Shown one piece after another: positions 34,623 to 44,202 of a DNA stretch of 58,366 nucleotides. Below the pieces are notes generated by a model. The model did no database searches. It was not told where the DNA came from and saw only the letters and a program-made list of their open reading frames with translations. The first letter of the stretch is position 1. Every line of letters starts with the position of its first letter. The stretch spans positions 1-58,366 of the IMG/VR virus record IMGVR_UViG_3300045965_000268; one strand, 5' to 3'. A program made the position numbers and the translations under genes. This DNA comes from a virus (taxonomy: Duplodnaviria; Caudoviricetes).

Positions 34623-37420
34623 CCGCGGACGACCTCAAGATCCTGAGCGATAAAGTCGGAGACCTGATCCGCGAAGCTCCTGGCGATGCGCGTCTTGCTA
34701 TCGCTGACGAGCCTCTCGATCTGCACGAGACCGCTCTGCACGGCATCGACGGCACGCGAGACATCGTCCGCGCCAATCCCGAGGCTCGACCGCGGACCGA
34801 TGAGTCGCTGCCGAAGTTCCTCACCGGTCGGCACATTGGTAGGACCGGGCAATGAATCGATGTAATCCATGTCCGCTTGACGCTGGCGCGCCTTCCTGGA
34901 CGTCAGATCGATGCCAAGGTTGTAGTACGCCTCGGTCGCGTTGAAGCCGCGATCAGGCGCGATGTTCGGGTCAGCGTAGTAGAGCCCGAGCCGAGTGCTC
35001 GGGTCGATCCGAGTTCCTCGGATCGCATCGCCGACGTTGTCGACGAACATGCCGGTCAGCGACCCGAACGCGTTATTCGTCGCGGCGCCGGGCCCGCCGG
35101 CAAGATCGAGGCGCTCGAAGAACGACTGCCGCCCGACCGCCTGGATCAGCGCGGCACGGTTCACGCGCCCACCGATGTTGTACTTGTTGAGAACGTTCTG
35201 ATCCCGCTGCCGGGTCCGGGAGACATCCTTGTCGACGTCGGAACGGCTGACCGTGTCGGAGCTAGACATACCGAGAAGTTCGCCGAGAAATCCGCGCGCC
35301 TCGTCGCGCTGCTGGCGCGTCAGCTCTGCGACTCTCCTCAGCGCGTCGATCTGAAGCTGCGAGCCTCGCGCCACGATCGCCACACGCTGACGCTGCACCG
35401 CGATCTCGTCCTGAATGCTCGCCTGGCCGAGCGCTTTCCTGAACTCCAGGTTGTCCTCAATGAGCTGCCGCTCCAGCCGATCCGCTTCCTTCAACGCCTC
35501 GAACCGCTCCTCGTACGAGCGGGAGCGATCCTCTTCAGAGACCGCCAGGGCCCGAGTGATCTGCTCCTCTACCGTCTTCCGCCCGAGGGCCACATCGGTC
35601 GCGAACAATCGATCCCTGAACTCGTTCGTCTTCTTGATCTCTTCGAGGATCGCGGCCGTGACGTCCTTCTGGATCTGGAGCACCTCCTTCGCCGTCTGCT
35701 CCGAGATCCGCTTTCGCTCCGCCGCCGCGTCTCGATGCACGTCGGTAATCTGGCGCTCGGCCGCCTCGACCTGGCCCTTCAGCTCCTCGACTCGGATCTG
35801 GCGCGACTCCTTCGTGCCCTCTGTCGACTTCTCCGTGATCGCGATCTCGGCGTTCAGCCCCTTGATCTGCTCGCGGATGCCGGCGATCGTCTGCTCGGCC
35901 GAGATGTCGACCTGGCCGAGCCGCCGCGCCTCGCGCGCCGCCAGCTCGAAGCGGCCCACACGACCCGCCAGGGCCCGCGCCCGCCGCGCCGCGAGGACGG
36001 ACGGCGGGGTGATCTCCCGCTTCGGTCCGGCGACCGACGGAGGCGTTTCCCGGAACGGCTGCCCCTCGGCCCGATCCAGCTCGTCCCGGTTCGCTGGCCC
36101 TGGCGTCTCGCCGAACACCCTCTTCGACACCGCGTTCCCGAAAATGATCCGGGTCAACAGACGCGCTATCCCGGTCGCCCCACCTTGCGCCAGATCACGC
36201 TCAGCGTTGTCGATGCCCTGGCGAATGAACTCCGCGAGGTCGGCCCCGAACTTCACGCTCGCGGTCGCAGGGATCTCGAAGAGCGACCCGATCCGGAGCT
36301 TGATCTTCTCCAACTCCGCCCCGAGGCGCTTGAACTCCTCGCCCGTGGTCTGCGTGATCTGCTTGAAGCCTCGATCGACCGCGCCAGGCGCCTCGGCCCC
36401 GAACTTCTTGGCATTCTCCGTGAGCGTCTTCAGCTCGTCGTTGAGGAGCTTCATCACCGCGATACGGTTCCGGCCCGTGACGCCGAACTCGGACAGACGC
36501 TCCGGCGACAGCTCGCCGTTGACGTCCGTCGCCGCCTGCTTGATCGCCTGGAGGATGCCAACCAGGGGCCCGTACTGCCTCTTCAGCGCGTCGACGTCGA
36601 CGCCGCGATCGACGAACTTCTGCTGCGCCACGGCGAGGTTCTGAAAGAGCGTCAGGAGCGCCTGAACGTTCTTCTTGGGATCGCTGCCGGCGATCTGACC
36701 CAGCGTCACCAGCGTGGCGCCCAGCTCGTTCAACGTGACACCGGACTCTGACGCCGCGTCGGCGAGTCGCGGAAACGTCGTCACCAGCTCCTCGACGCTC
36801 CCGCCTCCGTTCTTCATGATCGTGAAGAGCGCGTCGGTGATCGTCGCCGCCCGATCCGCCTTCACTCCGAAGCTGTCCATGAGCGACCCGAGCGCCTCGA
36901 CAGCCTGCTCCGGCGTCGCCCCGGAGACCTTCGCGAAGGCGGCCGCGATCCGGGTCATCTCCAGCGCGACCTTCGGGTCGGCCGAGTCGAGCAGCGCCTT
37001 GCGGAACGTCGGCAGCAGCTCCGTCGTACTCCCCAGGCGTGCGTCGAGGCCCTTCAGTCCCTTCTCAACCGCCTGGATCTGGCTCGGGTACTCGGACAGG
37101 AACACCCGGCTCTTCGCGAACTCGTCCGAGAACCGGATCGCCGCCTTCGTGCTCAGCGCGATGCCGCCGGCCGCCGCCGTCGCCGCAGCCCCGACCAGGG
37201 TGAAGCCCCGGGCCACGCCGCCGAGTTGAGCCCCGAGCAGGTTCGCCGCCTGCCCCGCCTCGCCGAACGTCCGCTTCAGGCCGGCGCCAAAGCTTCCCTC
37301 CAGGCTCTTCGCCGCGTCGACAGCCCGCTTCTCCATCTCGCGGAAGTCGGCGACGACCTGAGCCTTCCCCTCGGTCCGGATCTTCGCGAGCAGCTCGAAG
37401 AGCGTGACAGCCGCAGCCAT
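34619..37420 (-). CDS. Tape measure protein
   Basis: 933 aa, Ala-rich and helical, with a TP901-like core; follows the tail chaperones. Confidence 0.9.
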   Translation of the reverse strand: MAAAVTLFELLAKIRTEGKAQVVADFREMEKRAVDAAKSLEGSFGAGLKRTFGEAGQAANLLGAQLGGVARGFTLVGAAATAAAGGIALSTKAAIRFSDEFAKSRVFLSEYPSQIQAVEKGLKGLDARLGSTTELLPTFRKALLDSADPKVALEMTRIAAAFAKVSGATPEQAVEALGSLMDSFGVKADRAATITDALFTIMKNGGGSVEELVTTFPRLADAASESGVTLNELGATLVTLGQIAGSDPKKNVQALLTLFQNLAVAQQKFVDRGVDVDALKRQYGPLVGILQAIKQAATDVNGELSPERLSEFGVTGRNRIAVMKLLNDELKTLTENAKKFGAEAPGAVDRGFKQITQTTGEEFKRLGAELEKIKLRIGSLFEIPATASVKFGADLAEFIRQGIDNAERDLAQGGATGIARLLTRIIFGNAVSKRVFGETPGPANRDELDRAEGQPFRETPPSVAGPKREITPPSVLAARRARALAGRVGRFELAAREARRLGQVDISAEQTIAGIREQIKGLNAEIAITEKSTEGTKESRQIRVEELKGQVEAAERQITDVHRDAAAERKRISEQTAKEVLQIQKDVTAAILEEIKKTNEFRDRLFATDVALGRKTVEEQITRALAVSEEDRSRSYEERFEALKEADRLERQLIEDNLEFRKALGQASIQDEIAVQRQRVAIVARGSQLQIDALRRVAELTRQQRDEARGFLGELLGMSSSDTVSRSDVDKDVSRTRQRDQNVLNKYNIGGRVNRAALIQAVGRQSFFERLDLAGGPGAATNNAFGSLTGMFVDNVGDAIRGTRIDPSTRLGLYYADPNIAPDRGFNATEAYYNLGIDLTSRKARQRQADMDYIDSLPGPTNVPTGEELRQRLIGPRSSLGIGADDVSRAVDAVQSGLVQIERLVSDSKTRIARSFADQVSDFIAQDLEVVRG

Positions 37421-37650
37421 CAGCCGATCCGGCTCCGCATCAGCATCTCGTCACGGGACAGCGCTCGCTTCGGCACCGGCTCGATCCCGGCCGCCCTCTG
37501 CCAACCCTCGATGATCCGGCGACGCTGCCGCTGGCCCGACGCGGTCATCCCGATCTGCGACAGGCTCATGATGGTCGCCAGGCGCAGCGACTCCTCGGCT
37601 TGCATGGCCGGGATCTGAGCCGCGTAGCGCGCCGTGAGGCGAACGCTCAT
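37420..37650 (-). CDS. Tail assembly chaperone, T portion (probably made as a G-T frameshift fusion)
   Basis: The frame stays open upstream of the ATG and encodes FFGWQPSELGRM back to the slippery site. Confidence 0.7.
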   Translation of the reverse strand: MSVRLTARYAAQIPAMQAEESLRLATIMSLSQIGMTASGQRQRRRIIEGWQRAAGIEPVPKRALSRDEMLMRSRIG

Positions 37651-38066
37651 CCGGCCAAGCTCGGAGGGTTGCCAGCCGAAGAATCGCCCGACGATGGCTC
37701 GCTGGCGGATGATCCCGCGCCGCCGCCGGGCGCCGGAGGGCCCTGAGCTGGCACGTTCGCGAGCTGGAGGAGCCGGCCCCGGATCCGCTCCCGCTTGTGC
37801 ATCGTGAGCCCGAGGAGGACGTCCTCGGGGATCGGGCAGAGGAGCCGGATCTGCTCGACCTGGAGCTTCTTCAGCTCATCGAGCGTCGCCGCGGCCGCGA
37901 TCTGGAGGTCGAGACGGATGAAGTGATCAGAGTCGTCGTTCGACAGGTCCGCGAAGTGCCCCGCGTCGTAGACCGTGCCCTCGACCTTGATCCGCCCGGC
38001 GCGAATCGGCACCAGGGCATCGATGTCCTCGTACCACTCTTCTCGATCGTCCCCTGCCATCGCCAC
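37647..38066 (-). CDS. Tail assembly chaperone G
   Basis: Lies between tail tube and tape measure genes; low-complexity tail after the slippery site. Confidence 0.75.
   Translation of the reverse strand: MAMAGDDREEWYEDIDALVPIRAGRIKVEGTVYDAGHFADLSNDDSDHFIRLDLQIAAAATLDELKKLQVEQIRLLCPIPEDVLLGLTMHKRERIRGRLLQLANVPAQGPPAPGGGAGSSASEPSSGDSSAGNPPSLAG
37737..37743 (-). other. Programmed -1 frameshift site G GGC CCT
   Basis: X XXY YYZ heptamer in the correct phase; the -1 frame is stop-free into ORF 37420-37650. Confidence 0.65.
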
Positions 38067-38165
38067 TCACCTCGTTCGCACGCATCGGGTGATCCGCGGG
38101 ACTCGCTGCCGCTCGCACGAACGGCGCTGCGCGAGCCCGCGGGGCCCGGCCACGGGGCGGCCGGA

Positions 38166-39062
38166 TTACAACGTCGGTTGACCGAGGAAATAGAGCCGGT
38201 TCGACACCGAGTCCGGGAAGATCTGGTACGTGGTCGGGATGCCCTGCTGCACCTCGGACGAGAACGTGAAGGGGAACTCGCCCGCGGCCGGCGCCGCGAG
38301 AGGGATGATGATCGTCCGCTCCAAGTCCGGCGTCTCCGCCTGACCGACGAGCGGCACGATTTTCAATTGCAGCGCCAGTGACCGCATCGACGAGCCGACC
38401 TGAGGGCCGACGTCGAGGCGCCGGACCGTCGAGGATTGCTCGAAGAGCAGCGCGTTCGCCGTCGCCCGCTTGAAGTTCTCGAACGTGATCTCCGCCATCG
38501 TGAAGCTGAGCTGCGCCGAGCCGCCGCGGACGAACGTGTTCCGCGGGATCGAGCCGGTCTGCGCCGCGAAGACGTCGATCGTGTCCGTCACGGTACGCAG
38601 CGTGACCTCGCCCAGCAGACCTCCGAGGAAGGTCTCGACCGGCGTGTCCGATCCGCCAGTCAGCGGCGCTGCCGCGAGAGCGATCACGACACCCGACCCG
38701 TCGTCGCCCGTCTTCCTGGTCGCCGTCACCAGTGCGGCCGCCGCCGGGCTGGTATTGATCGCCGCGATGATCTGATCCGCCGTGCTGGTGATCACCGACG
38801 CCGTCCGAGCCGCCGTGACGTTGATCACCGCTGTCGTCGCCGGAGTCCCGCTCACGGCCACGCTGAGCGTCGCCGTGCCTGTGCCGCCGAGGATGGCGAG
38901 CTGGATGTTGTTGCCCTGGGCACCCCGATAAATGTCCGTGGCCCGGACCGTGAGGTCGTTGTTCGTGCCGGTCAGCGTCGTCGACAGCGACGCTCTCGGC
39001 TTCTCGAAGATGTAAAGGTTGGCCGGAGCTACCAGCAGCTTGTCATCCTGAATCGTAGGCAT
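38166..39062 (-). CDS. Major tail tube protein with inserted domain
   Basis: N-terminal LVAPANLYI, core FLGGLLGEVTL...LSFTMAEITFENF; position before the chaperones. Confidence 0.8.
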   Translation of the reverse strand: MPTIQDDKLLVAPANLYIFEKPRASLSTTLTGTNNDLTVRATDIYRGAQGNNIQLAILGGTGTATLSVAVSGTPATTAVINVTAARTASVITSTADQIIAAINTSPAAAALVTATRKTGDDGSGVVIALAAAPLTGGSDTPVETFLGGLLGEVTLRTVTDTIDVFAAQTGSIPRNTFVRGGSAQLSFTMAEITFENFKRATANALLFEQSSTVRRLDVGPQVGSSMRSLALQLKIVPLVGQAETPDLERTIIIPLAAPAAGEFPFTFSSEVQQGIPTTYQIFPDSVSNRLYFLGQPTL

Positions 39063-39073
39063 CCGTCCCCCCT

Positions 39074-39529
39074 TTAGGTCAGCTCGAAGGCGAGCAGGCG
39101 AAACTCCAGCGTCTTACGAGACACGTCGCCCTCTTCGGCAACGTCGTCGCGGTCCGCGATCAACGACAGGTAGTCAATCCGCGCCTGCCCCGAGGGCAGG
39201 GGGAGCGGTTGCTCGTGCAGCACCGCTTGAACGCGCACGGCGAGGCGCTCCGCCTCATCCACATCCCGGGCCCAGACATCGATCTGATAGATCCGGTCCA
39301 GGAGCGGGATCCGCGGCGTCGTCCTCGCCCCGAAGTCGGAGAGCGTCACGACCGGCAGCACGGCGAGATTGATCCGCACCGGCCGCAAATAGATGCGGTT
39401 GCCGGCGAGCGCCGCGAGCCCGACGTCGTTCAACAGCCGAGTCACGATCGCCTCACGGAGCGCCGTGAGCGTCGGGACGCGCTCGATGACCTCGATCGGG
39501 AACGACGCGCTCCGGATGACGTCCGACAC
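39074..39529 (-). CDS. Tail terminator/completion protein (DUF3168-like)
   Basis: LREAIVTRLLND..LAALAGNRIY...YQIDVWAR. Confidence 0.8.
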   Translation of the reverse strand: MSDVIRSASFPIEVIERVPTLTALREAIVTRLLNDVGLAALAGNRIYLRPVRINLAVLPVVTLSDFGARTTPRIPLLDRIYQIDVWARDVDEAERLAVRVQAVLHEQPLPLPSGQARIDYLSLIADRDDVAEEGDVSRKTLEFRLLAFELT

Positions 39530-39531
39530 GG

Positions 39532-39930
39532 CTACCCGACTCCGAGCTTCATCTGCCGCAGCCTCGGGAGCGCCCTCAGGAGCGAGGGCCGGAAGTGCGG
39601 CCGCGGCGCCATCCTCGACGTCCCGAACTCCAGCCAACGGCCGACCTTCATCGGCGTGCCGACGATCCCTTCCCAGCCCGTCGCACCGCGCTGCACCAGA
39701 TAGGTGATCGAGGCTCGATACACACCGGTGTCGACGGCCGGAAACTGACCCGGCGCCGAGGCGCGGTGAAACCGCTTACCGCGCCGGTAGAACCGACCCG
39801 TCGGCCGTGCGTCCGAGATGCCGCGCACGATCTCGGACTGGAGGAGAATCGAGCCCTGGGTCACGGCTCGCTTCTCGCTCTCGTCGAGCCGGCGCAGTAC
39901 GTTCTTGATGTGCGAGATCAGGGTCGCCAC
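39532..39930 (-). CDS. HK97 gp10-like tail completion protein
   Basis: ASAPGQFPAVDTGVYRASI and LEFGTSRMAPRPHFRP. Confidence 0.88.
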   Translation of the reverse strand: MATLISHIKNVLRRLDESEKRAVTQGSILLQSEIVRGISDARPTGRFYRRGKRFHRASAPGQFPAVDTGVYRASITYLVQRGATGWEGIVGTPMKVGRWLEFGTSRMAPRPHFRPSLLRALPRLRQMKLGVG

Positions 39931-39932
39931 GC

Positions 39933-40283
39933 CTACCCGACTCCAGGCGTCGACACCGCCAGGGACAGCTCCAGATGCGGCAGCAGGTTCGTGACCCGAT
40001 GCACGAGCAGGACGTCGTACGTCACGCCGTCGACGACGAGGCGATCGCCCGTGACGACGTCCGTGTCGAACGGCACCAGCGCCTTGAACGTGGCGTCGAC
40101 GAGCAGACCCGCGTCGGTCTGGACCTGGCGACCACTGGCCCGCTGCACCGAGCAGGCCACGCCGGTAACGACCGTGAGGCTGAAGGTCTGCCGCGTCGCG
40201 CCACTCGAGGTCGGCGCCGCCGCCAGGGCCCGATTCACCGTCCCGCGCTGGTCGAGGAGGTCGAGGACCGCGGTCGTGTCCAC
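39933..40283 (-). CDS. Head closure (stopper) protein
   Basis: TDVVTGDRLVVDGVTYDV...HLEL; neck position. Confidence 0.75.
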   Translation of the reverse strand: MDTTAVLDLLDQRGTVNRALAAAPTSSGATRQTFSLTVVTGVACSVQRASGRQVQTDAGLLVDATFKALVPFDTDVVTGDRLVVDGVTYDVLLVHRVTNLLPHLELSLAVSTPGVG

Positions 40284-40877
40284 TTACGCCGCTCTCGACA
40301 CGTAGGGCCACACCAGGCCCTGGACATCGGCCGGCAGCCCGGATCGGTCCCCGCTCTCCGGATCCCGATACGATACGGACAGCTCGCCCGCCGTCTTCGA
40401 GGCGACGCCCGGCGTGACGTGGATCAGACGATGGCTGACCAAAAGAACGCAGGCGAGCTTCAGGTCATCCGTGACATCGACCAGGGTCGCGAACCGGCCC
40501 GCCGTGTAGACGACGGTCCACTCCGCCATGAGCCCGGCCGTGTTCTGCGGCACCGGCCAGTAACCCAAGTGCCGCAGCGAACCCGTGCGCGCGATGATGA
40601 GGTAGTCGGCCGCCGGCACCGTGTTCAGCGCCGGGTCCGTGATCGACGTCACCGCCACGATCGGGTACTTCCGCAGCCGCATGTACTCGCCCGTCGGTCG
40701 CGCGTAGACCTCGGTGAAGGTCCGCTGCATCAAGGCGTTCTGACAGAAGCCCTCGATGGCGAACGACGCGCCGGTGATCATGTTCTCCAGCCGTCGCTGA
40801 TCCTCGACGGACAGGTTCGACTGGCCGAGGTGCACCTGGGCGTAGTCGAGGTCGATCAGGTCAACCGGCGACGGCAT
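40284..40877 (-). CDS. Head-tail adaptor (gp6/gp15-like)
   Basis: LIDLDYAQVHLG...IEGFC, VVYTAG...DDLKLAC and LPADVQGLVWPY. Confidence 0.82.
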   Translation of the reverse strand: MPSPVDLIDLDYAQVHLGQSNLSVEDQRRLENMITGASFAIEGFCQNALMQRTFTEVYARPTGEYMRLRKYPIVAVTSITDPALNTVPAADYLIIARTGSLRHLGYWPVPQNTAGLMAEWTVVYTAGRFATLVDVTDDLKLACVLLVSHRLIHVTPGVASKTAGELSVSYRDPESGDRSGLPADVQGLVWPYVSRAA

Positions 40878-41088
40878 GCTCGGCTCGGATGTGCTGATCG
40901 AGGTTCGACGGCACCAGGAAACGCACTCCGCAGCGCGAACACCGCTTCGCGTGCGCGAGCAGACTCTCGCCCGGGCCCGCCGCCGGTGCTTCCGACGGCG
41001 CAACCGCAGGCGAGAGCTGAGGAGCCGGCACCGCGGAGACGGACGGCACGACAACCGCCGTCTCCCGGTACCGATGGTGACGAGACAT
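40861..41088 (-). CDS. Small protein with C2H2-like finger
   Basis: CSRCGVRFLVPSNLDQHIRAEH; ATG overlaps the upstream stop. Confidence 0.5.
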   Translation of the reverse strand: MSRHHRYRETAVVVPSVSAVPAPQLSPAVAPSEAPAAGPGESLLAHAKRCSRCGVRFLVPSNLDQHIRAEHAVAG

Positions 41089-41513
41089 CAGGCCGCCGGG
41101 AGCGTCCTGGCGTTGCCCAGGATGGCGAACATCCCGAACGCCGCCGCGGCGCTGTTGGCCGACGGCGTCCACGTCATCCGGACGTACCGCTTCGATCCCT
41201 TGTAGCCGATCGCCCGCAGCTTGTTGTCGTCCGAGAAGAGGTGATTCATGTCGGCCGCGAGCGTCCCGATCAGGTCGTTCGCGCCCGGCGCCGCCGTGTC
41301 GGAGAGCGCCGGATCGTCGCCGTGCTCCAGGGTGACGGCGAACGTCGCGTCGGCGTCGTCGAGCTGGCCCGTGTGCAGCACGAGCAGCACCGCCTCGTAG
41401 CCGGCGCGGTCGAGAATCGCCGACGCGACCGCCGTGGTACCGGTCGTCGAGGCGTTCGGGCCCCGCAGATTGACCAGCTTCAGCCTGTTCTTGAGGTCCG
41501 GCACTGCACTCAT
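41088..41513 (-). CDS. Capsid decoration/cement-like protein
   Basis: Directly after the capsid gene; LDRAGYEAV...IGYKGSKRYVR pattern. Confidence 0.7.
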   Translation of the reverse strand: MSAVPDLKNRLKLVNLRGPNASTTGTTAVASAILDRAGYEAVLLVLHTGQLDDADATFAVTLEHGDDPALSDTAAPGANDLIGTLAADMNHLFSDDNKLRAIGYKGSKRYVRMTWTPSANSAAAAFGMFAILGNARTLPAA

Positions 41514-41576
41514 GTCATCTCTCCCTTCGCGCCTACCCGCGCGCCGTGAAGTCCTCGCTCGTTCCCGTCGTGCGGC

Positions 41577-42866
41577 TCAGACCTCGCACTTCTGGACGCG
41601 GAACGCCGCCTTGCGGAGCGGCTGTCCGCCCAGTCGCGCGTGCGGCAGAAGCCCGATGTTCGGCGCGAAGCGCTCGTTGAGCCGCTGCACGCGGAGATCC
41701 TGGCGATCGGCGATGCCGTAGTACCGCCAGTCGCCGAAGATGATCGGCAGCGTGGCCGAACCCGGATCGGCGACGAACTCGCTGTAGCGAACCGGCCGGC
41801 CCCAGAGCGTGTCGGGGGTGCTATTCGGCGGGATGATCGGGTAGCTCTGGTTGTCCTTCAGCTTCAGGATCCCGGCGTACCCGAGGCTCGACATCACGTA
41901 CGTCGCGCGCTGGCGGTACTGCGCCGGCAGGCTGTACGTCAGGTCGACGAGACCGTCGTACGTCAGCGCGGTCGCGCTGCCCGTCTTCACCGTCGTGATG
42001 CCGGCGCTGGCGTGCAGCACGCCGAGCGGCTGGCCCACACCGGAGCCGAGCAGGAACGCCGCGTCTTCGTCGAGCCCGCGAGTCTCCGCGATGATCTCGG
42101 CGAGGATCGAGTCCAGCGGTGCCGCCGAGTCGTTCAGCAGCTCTTGAGTCAGCTCGATCGCGTCGGGCTGCCACGAGTGCACCGGGATGCGCTCCTGGCC
42201 GAACTTCGGCTGGTTCTGCACCGTTGGCGCGGTACCACCAGTGACGTACCCTTCCGGCTTCCACGAACCGACGAAGCCGGTGCCGTAGATGTCGGCGTTG
42301 TTCGTCGCCGACTGGATCGACGGAAAGACCAGCACGCTCGACCCGGTCGGGATCACGCGCGCCAGGTTGCGCACGACGGTGAAGCCCGCGAGATCGCGGA
42401 TCACCTCGGACCGGAAGTCCTCGGGTACGAGGAACCCACCGAGGTCGCCCTGGGTACCGAGAAGCGCGTGCTGCTCTTGCGGGCCGAGGCTCGCCAGCAG
42501 CTCGCGCATCGCCTCTTGCGCGGCACCGAGACCGTGCTTGACGTAGGCGATGAACCCGAGCTTGTGCGCCGCCTTGTACTGCTCCCGAGTGTCCGGCTTC
42601 GGCGCCGCCGCAGTCCTCGCCTGCACACCGCTGACCGGCTCCGTCAGCTCGCGGCCGAACGACTCCAGCTTCAGCTCGCGCTCCAGGCGATCGAGGTCGC
42701 CGCGCAGCTTCTCAGCGTCGGCGTACTGCTTGTCGAACTTCGCCGACAGCTCCCGGACGTCCTCGCCCTTCTCCTGCTTCTCGGCGATCTGCTTGCCCGT
42801 CTCCCGGGCATCGAAGATCGCTTTCCCGTAGGCGTCGCGCTTCTCACGAATCTTGCTGTCGAGCAT
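41577..42866 (-). CDS. Major capsid protein, HK97 fold with delta domain
   Basis: Coiled-coil N-terminus, GGFLVPEDF, FLLGSGVGQPLGV, TLWGRPV and IIFGDW. Confidence 0.95.
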   Translation of the reverse strand: MLDSKIREKRDAYGKAIFDARETGKQIAEKQEKGEDVRELSAKFDKQYADAEKLRGDLDRLERELKLESFGRELTEPVSGVQARTAAAPKPDTREQYKAAHKLGFIAYVKHGLGAAQEAMRELLASLGPQEQHALLGTQGDLGGFLVPEDFRSEVIRDLAGFTVVRNLARVIPTGSSVLVFPSIQSATNNADIYGTGFVGSWKPEGYVTGGTAPTVQNQPKFGQERIPVHSWQPDAIELTQELLNDSAAPLDSILAEIIAETRGLDEDAAFLLGSGVGQPLGVLHASAGITTVKTGSATALTYDGLVDLTYSLPAQYRQRATYVMSSLGYAGILKLKDNQSYPIIPPNSTPDTLWGRPVRYSEFVADPGSATLPIIFGDWRYYGIADRQDLRVQRLNERFAPNIGLLPHARLGGQPLRKAAFRVQKCEV

Positions 42867-42888
42867 CGCTGTCGTCTCCCTTCCCGGG

Positions 42889-43746
42889 TTACGGCGTGAG
42901 GGCGTACGCCCCGAGCTGGTCGAGGGCCAAAGTGCGCAGCTTGGAAGCGACGCTCGCGGCGATGAGCCGCTGCTCGTGAGCGTCGACGTCGGCGCGCGTC
43001 TGCACGTCTTCCGAGTCCGGTTTCGACTTCGGCTCCGCGGCGTCGAGCAACGCCTGGAGCGCGGTGATCGCGTCGCTCACCAGCCCGCGATTCCGGCCGC
43101 TGAGCACCTTCCCCTCGTGCGCCTCACGGAGCAGCGCGGCGCACGCCGAGAAGGCGAGCGACGTCGTGTCCGGATCGGTGGCGTCGAGGACAGAGCGGAG
43201 GAAGGTGTCGAGCTGTCCGCTCTCGATCGCACGGCGAGCGGCGGCGTGAACCGCCTGGATCTTCGCCATCGGATCCGCGGCGAAGGTGACGAGGCTGAAC
43301 TCCCAGAGCTTCGCCTCGAAGATGTGCCGCGTGACCGGCCGGTTCTCTTCGTTCGTGCGCTCTTCGGTGCGCACGGGATCGAACCCGATCGACAGCTCGT
43401 CGATCACGCCGTCCCGCAACAGCGTGAGCGCGTCCTTGCCGAGCGCCGTCTGGCTGATCTTCGCGGTGACCGCGAGCCCCTCGTACGTCTCGACCATCTC
43501 GGTCGGAACGCCGATCGGCTTCGAGGTCTCGTGCTGCCAGAGCACCTTGACGCGACCGCGATCTTCGAGCAGCGTCTTGGCGAACGCGCCGCGCTCGATG
43601 ATCGTCGGCACCCACGCGTCGACGACCGACCCGAACACCGACGCCATGCCCTTGAACGAGCCGGCTTCGAGGTTCACGTCGGAGGTCGCGAACTTCGCCG
43701 CGAAGGACTCCAGCGGGCCCGCCGTCCGGTTCAGCTTCAGTCGCAT
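42889..43746 (-). CDS. HK97-family prohead protease with C-terminal extension
   Basis: FKGMASVFG..D, LWQHE...PIG, ELSIGF and LWEFSLVTFAA. Confidence 0.93.
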   Translation of the reverse strand: MRLKLNRTAGPLESFAAKFATSDVNLEAGSFKGMASVFGSVVDAWVPTIIERGAFAKTLLEDRGRVKVLWQHETSKPIGVPTEMVETYEGLAVTAKISQTALGKDALTLLRDGVIDELSIGFDPVRTEERTNEENRPVTRHIFEAKLWEFSLVTFAADPMAKIQAVHAAARRAIESGQLDTFLRSVLDATDPDTTSLAFSACAALLREAHEGKVLSGRNRGLVSDAITALQALLDAAEPKSKPDSEDVQTRADVDAHEQRLIAASVASKLRTLALDQLGAYALTP

Positions 43747-43771
43747 CGCCCCTCGGGTGCCGGCGACTGGA

Positions 43772-43815
43772 CAAACAAAAAGCCCCCGGGGCCGTTGCTT
43801 CTGGCCCCGGGGGCT
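43772..43815 (-). terminator. Intrinsic terminator inside the late operon
   Basis: 13-bp perfect stem AGCCCCCGGGGCC/GGCCCCGGGGGCT followed by TTTTGTTTG on the minus strand. Confidence 0.85.
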
Positions 43816-43858
43816 CGGCTTGTGTCCGGTCGCCCGTCAGGTCGTTACTTCAATGGCT

Positions 43859-44074
43859 CTACCCGGTAACACGACCTCGGGAAGAATTGCAAGTATTTTC
43901 CCCAGTCGGTAACACCACGGCTTGTGTCTCGGCCGAGAAATGTGCCTTCAGGTCGTGGCCCATGTATGCGCCGTCTCTGAAGTTAATCGCGATCTGCCCC
44001 GTCCAGCCGCCGTCGATCAGGAGCTTGATGTGCTGGAGCACGTCGAGAGGGATCGGGGTAACGGAAGTCGCCAT
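43859..44074 (-). CDS. Small protein, possibly DUF2292/YezD-like
   Basis: Helix followed by a GWTGQIAINFRDG beta-hairpin; TGATG-coupled to the upstream ORF. Confidence 0.55.
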   Translation of the reverse strand: MATSVTPIPLDVLQHIKLLIDGGWTGQIAINFRDGAYMGHDLKAHFSAETQAVVLPTGENTCNSSRGRVTG

Positions 44075-44202
44075 CAGGCGAGGCTCCGGACAGGGGTCCA
44101 GTGCGCGTCGATGAAGGGACGCATCACTTTCGTCCGCTTCGGATGACAGAGCTTTCGTATCGCTTTCGACTCGATCTGTCGGATCCACGGACGGTCGACC
44201 AT
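44074..44202 (-). CDS. 42-aa peptide resembling the sigma70 (RpoD) C-terminus
   Basis: MVDRPWIRQIESKAIRKLCHPKRTKVMRPFIDAHWTPVRSLA; TGATG overlaps at both ends. Confidence 0.75.
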   Translation of the reverse strand: MVDRPWIRQIESKAIRKLCHPKRTKVMRPFIDAHWTPVRSLA

